Of a stretch of DNA of 64,000 nt, positions 38,849 to 47,287 are shown piece by piece (within the stretch, counting starts at the first letter, position 1; each line of letters opens with the position of its first letter). This stretch comes from Bacillota bacterium (GTDB taxonomy: Bacteria > Bacillota > Clostridia > Christensenellales > SZUA-584). Made by a program: the position numbers and the translations under genes. Location of the stretch: NCBI GenBank assembly GCA_023415915.1, contig JAEZIZ010000083.1, positions 23,329 through 87,328 on the forward strand, written 5' to 3'. The notes below the pieces were generated by a model. It saw only the letters and a list, made by a program, of their open reading frames with translations. It ran no database searches and was not told the origin of the DNA.

Positions 38849-39137
38849 TATAATCGTCTTTTTTACTATTATTACTTTTCTCCCTTCGATTTCACTTTAA
38901 TAATGCTCGCCTGTAATACAGTTTATGAACATTATGTGAGTGATGATACGCGTATAATATAATTATTATTAACATATTATGGTTGATATATTCATATCAT
39001 ACGCACACAGCGCTAGATTATCGCTTAAATATTACGATTTGTCAAGGAAATTGAAATATATCTGTAACATAATGCAAATTAAGGAACGTAAATTATCATA
39101 ATATGGTAATTTTTATAATATTACTTATTCGTTTTAA

Positions 39138-39234
39138 GGAATAGTTGGGCGGTATTTCATGGGCGGGGATGGAACCCCGCCCCTACGGACATAAGAGTAA
39201 CTTCTCGAATAGTTGGGACGGTCTTTGACCGTCA
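39138..39234. repeat. Two copies of GAATAGTTGGG(C/A)CGG, each associated with a GC hairpin
   Basis: 39138-39152 with hairpin GGGCGGGGATGGAACCCCGCCC (39161-39183). 39206-39221 with hairpin GACGGTCTTTGACCGTC (39218-39234). Confidence 0.6.
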
Positions 39235-39312
39235 AAACGGGGCGCATTACCGCTTTCTGAAGGCTTTTTTAATATTTAATGGTTGTGCCAAATAGATGCC
39301 ACGGCTTTTCCG

Positions 39313-41118
39313 TCAGCCTTTTCGACGGCGCAACAGCGGAATAATCCACCCCCGATGAGACAGAAGCGCAACGGCGGCGATTACCAACGCTATAGTTGCC
39401 GTGGCATTCGTACCGCTTTGCGCGAGCAGAGCATCCCCGCTTGCGGGAAACATGTCGTCCGTTATCTTCAGCTGCTTTCCGTTCGTCAGCGTAAATACGG
39501 CTTCGCCGTATTCATTGACAGCGCTGCTTTCGATTCCCACGCCGTCTCTGCCATTGGTAACGGTAAACGTTGTTTTTGTACCGTTGGTAAAGGTAATCGT
39601 ATAGGTATCCACATAGCCCTCGGTTCCGGTTTTTTCGATACTCTTTATGCCGTTTCCGGTGCTGCCGTTTTCACCGTCCGAGCCATTCACACCGTCACGG
39701 CCGTCCGAGCCATTCACACCATCACGGCCGTCCGAGCCATCTTTGCCATTCTGGCCGTCCATACCGTTCACGCCGTCACGGCCATCTTTACCATCCGCGC
39801 CGTTCGCGCCATTCTGGCCATTCTGGCCATCCGCGCCTGCTTCTCCCTGAGGGCCTGTGATATCCGATAGTTCCACCAGGTCATGCCACTCTGTTTCATC
39901 CGTATAGCGCCACTGGATATAATTTTCGCCCGTTCGCAGCTCGATCTCCCTTTCGGCCAAAGCTGCTTCGCGGAAAGTGAAATCAGTCGGCGAGTCCGCC
40001 GTGATAGCTCCGCCTTCGTACCGGGTGGAGGGAGTCTGCGCGCCGAGGGTCACGGCCCCCTGGGGCAGGTAAAGATAAAGCTTGCCGGAGGCGTCCGTGA
40101 ACACATCGTTAATGCCGTAATAGTTTGCGCTCGATGTGAGCGAATTGACCGGCGTTTTAGCGGCAACGCCTTCCAGCGTGATGACGGTGGGAAAGACGTC
40201 CGCACCATATGCGTTCTTCAGTGTGCCGTCGCTGCCAAGGTGCTCGTATCCTCCGCCTATGCCCACGAATCCGGATACCGCTACCGTGCCGCCGCTGATC
40301 GTCACCTCGCCGCCGTCGCCTCTCCAACCGCCGCCGATCCCTGCGCCCCTGTCGGTACCTGTAGCTATGACTGTGCCGCCGCTGATGGTGACCTTGCCGC
40401 AAGTTCCATAATAACCGCCGCCGATCCCCGAGCTCAGGGTGTCCCCCGCAATGGCCGTGACCGTACCGCCGCTGATCGTCACCTCGCCGCCGGCACCCGC
40501 GCCATACGCGGCGCCTATGCCTGCGCCGCTGGTGCCGCCTCTGGCCGTCACCGTGCCGCCGCTGATGGTGATTGTGCCGCTGTCATCAGAGGAGCCGCCG
40601 ATACCAGCTGCACTATAGCCGCCGATGGCGGTAAGCGAGCCTTCAGGGTCGGAGCTGACGCCGATCGTCAGCTCCGACGGCTGCACGCAGAACAGCCCGG
40701 CACAGAATCTGCCGCTTGCGAGGGTATTGTTCCCTTCCAGCTTGAGATTTACAGCTCTAGGCTGACTATCTATGTAGAAAGCACAGAAGCCGCCCATTTC
40801 TGATACGTCTATATTCACATTTCTCAGCGTGATATTGACGGCGCTCGTTGTTGTCTGCACATGGATGGTATTGCTTTGCGTGGTGCCGGTGATAGTGATC
40901 TCCTGATTATTGTCGGGAACATCCACCGTTACCAACGGGTTGCCGTAGAGCACATGGAGCCCGTCTGCGTCTTCATAAATGGCAATATTGCTCTCCGATA
41001 CGTCAAAGATAAAATTAGCCGGATCGCTCGCCGCCAGCGCCGTTACCGGCAGCAGCGTGAGCGCTATTGACGTTATCAGCAGAAGCGGCAGTATTTTTTT
41101 TACGATCTTCATTTTCAT
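39313..41118 (-). CDS. Collagen-like surface protein (601 aa): signal peptide, beta-helix repeat head, G-X-Y collagen stalk, beta-rich modules, C-terminal TM anchor
   Basis: MKMKIVKKILPLLLITSIALTLLPVTALA signal. Repeated ISGGTVTA..G..GAGIGGG. About 23 G-X-Y triplets (GPQGEAGADGQNGQNG...). C-terminal ATATIALVIAAVALLSHRGWIIPLLRRRKG. Confidence 0.85.
   Translation of the reverse strand: MKMKIVKKILPLLLITSIALTLLPVTALAASDPANFIFDVSESNIAIYEDADGLHVLYGNPLVTVDVPDNNQEITITGTTQSNTIHVQTTTSAVNITLRNVNIDVSEMGGFCAFYIDSQPRAVNLKLEGNNTLASGRFCAGLFCVQPSELTIGVSSDPEGSLTAIGGYSAAGIGGSSDDSGTITISGGTVTARGGTSGAGIGAAYGAGAGGEVTISGGTVTAIAGDTLSSGIGGGYYGTCGKVTISGGTVIATGTDRGAGIGGGWRGDGGEVTISGGTVAVSGFVGIGGGYEHLGSDGTLKNAYGADVFPTVITLEGVAAKTPVNSLTSSANYYGINDVFTDASGKLYLYLPQGAVTLGAQTPSTRYEGGAITADSPTDFTFREAALAEREIELRTGENYIQWRYTDETEWHDLVELSDITGPQGEAGADGQNGQNGANGADGKDGRDGVNGMDGQNGKDGSDGRDGVNGSDGRDGVNGSDGENGSTGNGIKSIEKTGTEGYVDTYTITFTNGTKTTFTVTNGRDGVGIESSAVNEYGEAVFTLTNGKQLKITDDMFPASGDALLAQSGTNATATIALVIAAVALLSHRGWIIPLLRRRKG
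39674..39836. repeat. 27-bp tandem DNA repeats encoding the collagen G-X-Y stalk
   Basis: ccgtccgagccattcacaccRtcacgg occurs as two near-identical units, then diverging units. Confidence 0.8.
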
Positions 41119-41142
41119 CTTTTGTTTTCCTATCTACCTTTC

Positions 41143-41400
41143 TTAATCCCGTATGGCAAACAGCATGTTGTCCACTGTCAGGCGTATGGGCAGCATGCTC
41201 TTTTTCCCCTGTACGGGGTCCGGCCAGCATATGGCCTTTTCCTCCAAAGTGATATCCTTAAAGCGGCTCAAATCCTCAAGGCTGCTGTACGGTATGGTCC
41301 TGATCATGTCCCGCATGTTAAAGATGATATAGTTGCCGCGCTCGAATTCAACGAGCAGAGTATAATCGTCGCGCGGAGTGACCTTAAGCATTTTACTCAT
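41143..41400 (-). CDS. DUF2442 domain protein (85 aa)
   Basis: The YTLLVEF..G..IIFNM and AICWP motif pattern matches my memory of DUF2442. AGGAGG RBS. Stop lies 24 nt before the collagen-like gene start. Confidence 0.6.
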   Translation of the reverse strand: MSKMLKVTPRDDYTLLVEFERGNYIIFNMRDMIRTIPYSSLEDLSRFKDITLEEKAICWPDPVQGKKSMLPIRLTVDNMLFAIRD

Positions 41401-41440
41401 TGATCAAAGCCTCCTTTCGGCACGGAGAATGGCGGTAAAT

Positions 41441-41473
41441 ATAAAAATCCCCCATAATAAAAGTATAGGGGAT
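41441..41473 (-). terminator. Intrinsic terminator after the LuxR-type regulator
   Basis: Minus-sense ATCCCCTATACTTTTATTATGGGGGATTTTTAT. Confidence 0.7.
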
Positions 41474-41520
41474 CATTTTGTCGATTGGTATCTGCCGAAC
41501 GGCGTATTCATATGTCGAAA

Positions 41521-43913
41521 TTAGAATAATTTTAAGCTTTGCGCCTTTTTAATGGCAGCGGTTTTGCCGCATACATCCAGCTTACGGTATATATTCTCCA
41601 GATGCGTCTTAACGGTACCTGCGGACAGGCCAAGCTGTATCGCGATACCGTCCCTTGTCAGCCCTTCGGCGGCGAGAGTCAGAACTTCCGTCTCCCTTGG
41701 CGACAGGGAAACTGCATTCTTCGGGGCGCGTTTTAAGCTTTCAAGATATTGTTCACAGGAACAGAGGACTTCCTTTATATATGCGTCCTTTGAATTGGAA
41801 TTAACGATGTGACGAAGCATGTCGATGATAACGGGAGCGTACTCCGCGAAGGGAAGGATGATACTGTCTTTCCGCGCCGTATCGAGAGCATTTTCCAGCG
41901 CCGCGCAGCCCTGTTCCATGCCGTAAAGCCGGTATTTGGCCACTGCCTCGAAAATCCGGTTGTGCAGAAACCCAAGCTGGTTATGGAAGATGGAGAAATA
42001 CCGCGCGAATTCCTCGGTAAGTATTTCAAGCTGAATGTAGTTACCGGACAGCAATACTGCCTTGCCGTAAACGATATAATTGAAGGCTATGCCCTGGTAC
42101 ATAAGGCAGGCTAGTGACATATCGCCCGTTTGCAGCCATTGCGGAATGCCGTCCGGCCGCGCAAGGCAGCCGTAAACATACCCCTCCACAAGCTCCAGCG
42201 TGGTATTGTAAACGGCGCTGTTCACTTTTGTCACATCGGCCCGGAGCTGCCGGAGCAGCTCCAGCGCTTCAGCGATCTTTCCCTGATAGACGTAAAGCCG
42301 GATCAAAGTCAGATTGGCGCAAATAGCGATACCGGTTTGCTCCTGTGTTTTGGCTTTATAGATGGCTTTGAAGGCATTTAGCTCTGCCGCCTGCCAGTCC
42401 CCGGTTTCCAGCGCGTATTCGGCCAATGCCACATAGTCGCAGCCGGTACCGCAGCCGTTGGCGAGCCCCGAAAAGGCTGGCAAATCATACACCAGGCAAT
42501 CAACCGTTTTCTTTAGTTTTCCCGCTTCCTTGTAATATGTGTACAGAAAATGAGGGGAACCGAAAGTGAACTCGCTTTCCCGCTTAATCAGGCAGGAAAC
42601 GCCGCCTTCCAGCAGGTGAAGGGCACTATTCATACAGGCTACCATTTTTTCCGCATCGTTGAATACGGCGAAGATGCGAACGATGCTGATCTCCGCGAGA
42701 ATACGGTTTTTCCGGCTGGGATGAATATCCTCAAGCCGTTCATAGGCTTCCCAAAGTTCGCCCAGGCGCTGTTTGCCGTCCTGCGCCGCGCCCGGGTCGC
42801 CGCTTAATAACAGTAGGGCTATGTATTGCAGATAGGCAAGGGGGTATTTGAAGAGCAGCGCGCGGGGAGCGGCGGAGAACATTTCAAAGGCGCCCTCAAA
42901 ATTGGCGAAATCGTTGGTGATTGTATCCTCGTTGTCCAGCAGGGCGAGAATGCGTTCCGTCTCACCCGCGCGGTAAAGATATCCGTAGGCCGGAATAAAC
43001 GCCTTTCTCTCAAGAAACCACTCACCCAACCGACGGTAAAGGGCTGTGCGTTCTTCGTCGGCCTCCTGCCTGGCTCTTAAAAAACCAGCAGCATGTTATG
43101 AATTCCGTATATGCCTGAGCCTTCGTCTAAGGAGACGAAGGCGTTTTCCCTGCGCAGCTGTTTAAGGAGCTCTTCGGCACGGCTTTCCTGCGTTACATAG
43201 CGCGCCTGCTCCGCCGTAAAGCTGTCCATTACCGAAAGCCGCAGCAGGAACTGCCGAATAGATTCGCCATAGGAGTTATAGAGAACCTTTTCCACCAGCT
43301 CGTCTATTGCGCTGTTTCGGCCCACGGGGATACCCTGCTCCATGCCCAGCAGTATCAGGTATATAAGGGATATCCAGCCGCCCGTATACTCAAAGATCTT
43401 TTGCAGATTGTCGTCGCCGGGTTTAAAACCCATCAGGGCGCAGTAATCCCGTATTTCCCTGTCGGTGAAGCGCAGCGTCTGCTGGGGAAGGATATTGCAC
43501 AGGCCTTTAGCGTAAAGTTCTGAGAAGTCAAGATTGGTGGTATCACGTGTAACAATCACGATGTGGAGGTTGAGCGGCTCCCCCTTGACGATCTGCCCCA
43601 GCAGCAAGCCGGTCTGAGGTTGTTTGACAAGGTGAAAATCATCGATCACAAGGACGGTGTTTTCATCGAACTCCAGCTCGCCCAGAATGGACAGTATGGT
43701 AGCTGTCTGGGGTGCGTCCGAAGGAAAGCCGAGGCTTTTAAGCCTCATTCCCGCATCCGGATCGAGCTTGCTGAACTCTGCAGCAAACCTGTCCCAGAAG
43801 AAGTCAAGAGTATCCTCGACAGACAAAAGAGAAAGCCACATGACAGAACAGCCTCTGGCCGCAAGAAATTCCCTGACCGCCGTGGTTTTCCCGTAGCCGA
43901 TGGGAGCCTCCAC
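41521..43913 (-). pseudogene. MalT/LAL-type large ATP-binding LuxR-family regulator, split by a frameshift in an A6 tract (plus strand 43079-43084)
   Basis: N-terminal ORF 43077-43913 has Walker A APIGYGKTT. C-terminal ORF 41521-43029 has TPR-like repeats and the LuxR HTH LSPRETEVLTLAAEGLTRDGIAIQLGLSAGTVKTHLENIYRKL. Adding one T (minus sense) joins ..IHNMLLVF to LRARQEADEERTALYRRLGEWFLERKAF. Confidence 0.8.
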
Positions 43914-44141
43914 GATGGTCAGCGGATAATCGAATATGCTCTCCAGTATACGGTCGACGCGTTCCCTCTTGAGTACTTTCCGCTTTTTCAGGGCTGGCCG
44001 CCCCCTTTCAGTGTGGATTTATTGGATTATTTTGATGTTCTAATGTATTTTTCGATTCGCGAATACCCACGTATATTACATTTTACTTCATAAATTTACA
44101 TGTTACAACAATATCAAAAGAAAGAAAAATGGGGCCTCCGC

Positions 44142-44183
44142 GAAGCGGAGCTTGCTCCGACGTGGCGTACCCGGGAGGATTCG
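44142..44183 (-). pseudogene. Partial copy of the tRNA-Arg 3' end (T-loop to CCA) plus 21 nt of its 3' flank
   Basis: Identical 42-mer gaagcggagcttgctccgacgtggcgtacccgggaggattcg at 44142-44183 and 44491-44532. Identity ends after ..ggattcg, inside the T-loop. Confidence 0.85.
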
Positions 44184-44405
44184 CAGAAAGATGTTGCTTA
44201 CCTGCCCGCGACGTTTCGCTCTGCATGCAGTCGCTGCCATCAAGCCGCTCGCTAAAAATGCGCCACTGGCGCATTTTCTTGTCCTCTGTTCGCTGCCGAT
44301 TCACGCTTCCCTGACGCTTGCGTTCATCTGTTCCTCACAAAATCAAACCTCGCTTCATCTGCCACAGGCAACGCTCGGATATGCTTTCCTCGCAAGCAAA
44401 AAAAA

Positions 44406-44435
44406 TGGGGCCCCCGCGAAGCGGAGCTTCGTGGG
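44406..44435. repeat. Probable divergent unit of the palindromic hairpin family
   Basis: GGGGCCCCCGCGAAGCGGAGCTTCGTGGGG. It has the same GGGGYCCCC-stem-loop-stem-GGGG layout with a different inner stem. Confidence 0.5.
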
Positions 44436-44511
44436 GAAAAGGAGGAGCAGCGACGTATAGAAAGGCCGCAAACAAAAGATTGCGGCCTTTGAAGCGGAGC
44501 TTGCTCCGACG

Positions 44512-44588
44512 TGGCGTACCCGGGAGGATTCGAACCTCTGGCCTCAAGAGTCGGAGTCTTGCGCTCTATCCAACTGAGCTACGGGTAC
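44512..44588 (-). tRNA. tRNA-Arg (anticodon CCG), CCA encoded
   Basis: Reverse complement GTACCCGTAGCTCAGTTGGATAGAGCGCAAGACTCCGACTCTTGAGGCCAGAGGTTCGAATCCTCCCGGGTACGCCA. Anticodon loop CTCCGAC. One A-C mismatch in the T-stem. Confidence 0.9.
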
Positions 44589-44610
44589 ATATTAGATTTT
44601 TTTTGCATAA

Positions 44611-44652
44611 GCCTAAAGAGACGGAGTCTTGCGCTCTATCAGTCTGAACTGC
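44611..44652 (-). pseudogene. Decayed tRNA-Arg fragment (D-arm to variable loop) upstream of the intact gene
   Basis: Minus-sense GCAGTTCAGACTGATAGAGCGCAAGACTCCGTCTCTTTAGGC against the intact gene GTAGCTCAGTTGGATAGAGCGCAAGACTCCGACTCTTGAGGC. Confidence 0.75.
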
Positions 44653-44678
44653 AAGCGCAAATTTTTCGAGACTACGTT

Positions 44679-44707
44679 ATAATACACCACGAGTTCATTC
44701 AAGTCAA
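44679..44707 (-). promoter_or_regulatory. Sigma-A-like promoter upstream of the tRNA-Arg locus
   Basis: Minus-sense TTGACT, 17 nt spacer, TATTAT. Confidence 0.5.
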
Positions 44708-44710
44708 TTA

Positions 44711-45793
44711 TCAATAATACTGGTAAAGCGTGCATCGGATGTTGCCGTTGTAAAGCTTACGCTTTTTTGTGGCGCGTTTGCCGAAATACCTTTCAAACTC
44801 GTCGTCTGCAGTTATTATATATTTCCTTTCAACGTCCACAAAAGCTCTGCCCATATCCTTATACAGCCTGCGCACTTCGCTCTGCTCACCAAGCCGCTCT
44901 GCGTATGGAGGGTTTGTAAGCACGACGCAGTCTTTGCGCGCGAAATCCCTTACGTCCGCATGGTAAAGGCGCAGCGCGACTCCCGCCGCTTTGGCGTTTT
45001 TGTCCGCAGCGCTAAGCGCATCTTTGTCTATATCAGATGCATATATTACCTCGGGCTCTCTGATATCGCGCTTCGCCGCTTCTTTTTCCTGTCTCCAAGC
45101 TTCGCGCAGTGCGGGCCATCTTTCGCCGTCAAAACCGCGGTTTAATCCCGGCGCTATGTTTGCGCCTATCATCGCGGCCTCTATCGCTATGGTTCCCGAG
45201 CCGCACATCGGGTCCGCAAAGCACCCTTGCTTCCAGCCCGTCAGCATAACGAGCCCCGCGGCCAGCGTTTCACGAATAGGCGCTTTCACATTAGCCAGCC
45301 TGTACCCCCGCCTGTTTAGCCCTTCGCCGCTTACGTTGAGGCACGCGGAAGCGGTATTTTTGAGTATCTTGATATGAACGTCGTATCTAGATCCCGTTTC
45401 GGGCAGCAAACGCGTTCCATGCCCGCTCATAAGCCGCTGGACGACGGCTTTTTTGGATATCGACTGTATATCCGATACGCTGAAGAGCGCGCTTTTTACG
45501 GAATCGGCGTTTACGGGGAGCGACGCGTCTGCCGGTATGAATTCTTCCCAAGCTATAGCCCTTACGCCTTCAAACAGCTCGTCGAATGTGGTCGCGGTAA
45601 ATATTCCCGCCTCTATATATACTCTATCGGCGCATCTTAACCTTAGGTTCGCTCTTGCGAGTCCGGCTTCGTCCGCAAAAAAATAGACGCGGGCGTCCCG
45701 CGGCTCTATATTCTCGAATCCAAGTTTCCTAAGCTCCGACGCTACGACGGCCTCAAGCCCGAACGAGCAGGAAGCAAAACAGTTATACCTCAC
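44711..45793 (-). CDS. THUMP-domain class I SAM-dependent RNA methyltransferase (UPF0020 / RlmL-like)
   Basis: THUMP-like N-terminus, DPMCGSGTI SAM motif, NPPYAERLG catalytic motif. Confidence 0.85.
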   Translation of the reverse strand: MRYNCFASCSFGLEAVVASELRKLGFENIEPRDARVYFFADEAGLARANLRLRCADRVYIEAGIFTATTFDELFEGVRAIAWEEFIPADASLPVNADSVKSALFSVSDIQSISKKAVVQRLMSGHGTRLLPETGSRYDVHIKILKNTASACLNVSGEGLNRRGYRLANVKAPIRETLAAGLVMLTGWKQGCFADPMCGSGTIAIEAAMIGANIAPGLNRGFDGERWPALREAWRQEKEAAKRDIREPEVIYASDIDKDALSAADKNAKAAGVALRLYHADVRDFARKDCVVLTNPPYAERLGEQSEVRRLYKDMGRAFVDVERKYIITADDEFERYFGKRATKKRKLYNGNIRCTLYQYY

Positions 45794-46460
45794 TGCCTTC
45801 CTCCCACCTGTTGAGCTTTACATCGTTTATATACAAAGCAAACCTGCACCCTAAGAATTTTGCGCTCTTCTCGCACATCTGCATCCTCGATATATATATC
45901 TGCAAAAAATCCATAGGCGAAGCTATAGGGTCCATCGTATAGTATATGCTGATGGTATTGTTTTCAACGGTCAGCCTGGTCGCCTGTATAGCGTAATTGA
46001 CGCGGTCGTGTATGTCCGAAGCGTCGTATTTTTTTAGCCTTACGCGCGCCCTGTGTGCGTCCACCTTGTCCGCGATTATCAGCGCGGCGGATACGTCGCT
46101 TACCGGATGTCCCGTCTCTTCCTCGTGCGAGCCTACTGCGGCGCAGATATCGCATACTTCGGAAACCGGAAAACCCATGTCGCTGAGTATCGGGAAAAGT
46201 ATGGCGGCGCCGTTATGGCCGTGGTACTTCCTGTTAACGAGGTTACCCACGTCGTGTACCCAGCCGGCTATTTTGGCGAGCTCTACCCGCCTTTCCGGCA
46301 TATTGAGCTTTGCGAGTATCTCCCCCGCTATGCGGCTCACGTATCCAACGTGGCGCGGCCCGTGATCCGTGTATCCTATGAATTCCAAGCACTTGTTGGA
46401 ATAGTCTACAAGCTCCCTTATCTTTTCGCTGCACTTGATATCGTTAAAACTTACTGCCAA
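45783..46460 (-). CDS. HD-domain phosphohydrolase
   Basis: HGPRHV ... WVHDVGN HD motif. Confidence 0.75.
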   Translation of the reverse strand: MAVSFNDIKCSEKIRELVDYSNKCLEFIGYTDHGPRHVGYVSRIAGEILAKLNMPERRVELAKIAGWVHDVGNLVNRKYHGHNGAAILFPILSDMGFPVSEVCDICAAVGSHEEETGHPVSDVSAALIIADKVDAHRARVRLKKYDASDIHDRVNYAIQATRLTVENNTISIYYTMDPIASPMDFLQIYISRMQMCEKSAKFLGCRFALYINDVKLNRWEEGSEV

Positions 46461-46462
46461 AA

Positions 46463-47287
46463 TTAATCCTCCAAATTCTTAAGCGATTCGTAATCGCTGT
46501 CCCCCGTAAAATCGCGTTCTATGTTTACCTCGCCGCCCAGTTCCTCATACGCGTCTCTTATAGACATATAATCGTAATACTTGAGCCCGTCGTCTTTAAG
46601 CGCCTGCTCAAGGTAAGGCAGCGCGTCTTCGTTGCCCAGCTTGCCAAGGCAGTTCGCGTAAAAGGCTTTTAGCCTGTCGCCGTAAAGAAAACACTCCAGA
46701 GCAAAGTTGTAAGTGCGCTCGTCGTACGGCAGGTCGCTCAGTATATCGAGAAAGCAATCGGACGAGTAGTCGCTCTGTGCATTTTCGTACGCCGAGATTA
46801 TCTTCTCTTTATAAGTATCCCCCGTATTCTTAAGCTCTTGTACGCACGCCTCCGGAAAATCCGACGCCTCGGAAGATCCCGCTATCACTTCTATATAATA
46901 ATCATACGGGTGGCTCATGCGCATTTCATCTATTAGCTGCACTATAACGGTTTTAAGCTCCCCGCTCTTTTCGCCTTCATAATTCATAAGCACCGAGAGA
47001 AGAAAAGGATAAGTCTCTTCCTTGATATCCTCTATACGGTTGAGAAGCGGCGCGGGTATCGACATGCCAGAAAAAACATACTCTCCCAGCAATTCGATAA
47101 GTGAGGCAGCCCCGAAAGAGTCGAAATACGTATTGGGCGATTTGCCGTCCAGCCAGTCTTTCGGCTCGTCCATCCAGTCGAAATACAGCACTTCCGCAAT
47201 GTCGTCCAGTTCGTCTTCGTCAATTTCGTTCTCTTTTATATAATCGGTCAGATAACGGCTGAATTTATCTTCAAAATCAATCGGCAT
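46463..47287 (-). CDS. Hypothetical acidic protein (274 aa)
   Basis: Long ORF tightly packed with its neighbours. No family recognised. Confidence 0.6.
   Translation of the reverse strand: MPIDFEDKFSRYLTDYIKENEIDEDELDDIAEVLYFDWMDEPKDWLDGKSPNTYFDSFGAASLIELLGEYVFSGMSIPAPLLNRIEDIKEETYPFLLSVLMNYEGEKSGELKTVIVQLIDEMRMSHPYDYYIEVIAGSSEASDFPEACVQELKNTGDTYKEKIISAYENAQSDYSSDCFLDILSDLPYDERTYNFALECFLYGDRLKAFYANCLGKLGNEDALPYLEQALKDDGLKYYDYMSIRDAYEELGGEVNIERDFTGDSDYESLKNLED

Noticed and set aside
44083-44717. ORFs across the tRNA-Arg locus sharing the peptide EAPLRGGPIF
   Set aside because: The shared peptide comes from the repeated aaaaatggggccYccgcgaagcggagctt DNA motif. The ORFs overlap a tRNA and its fragments and have no RBS.
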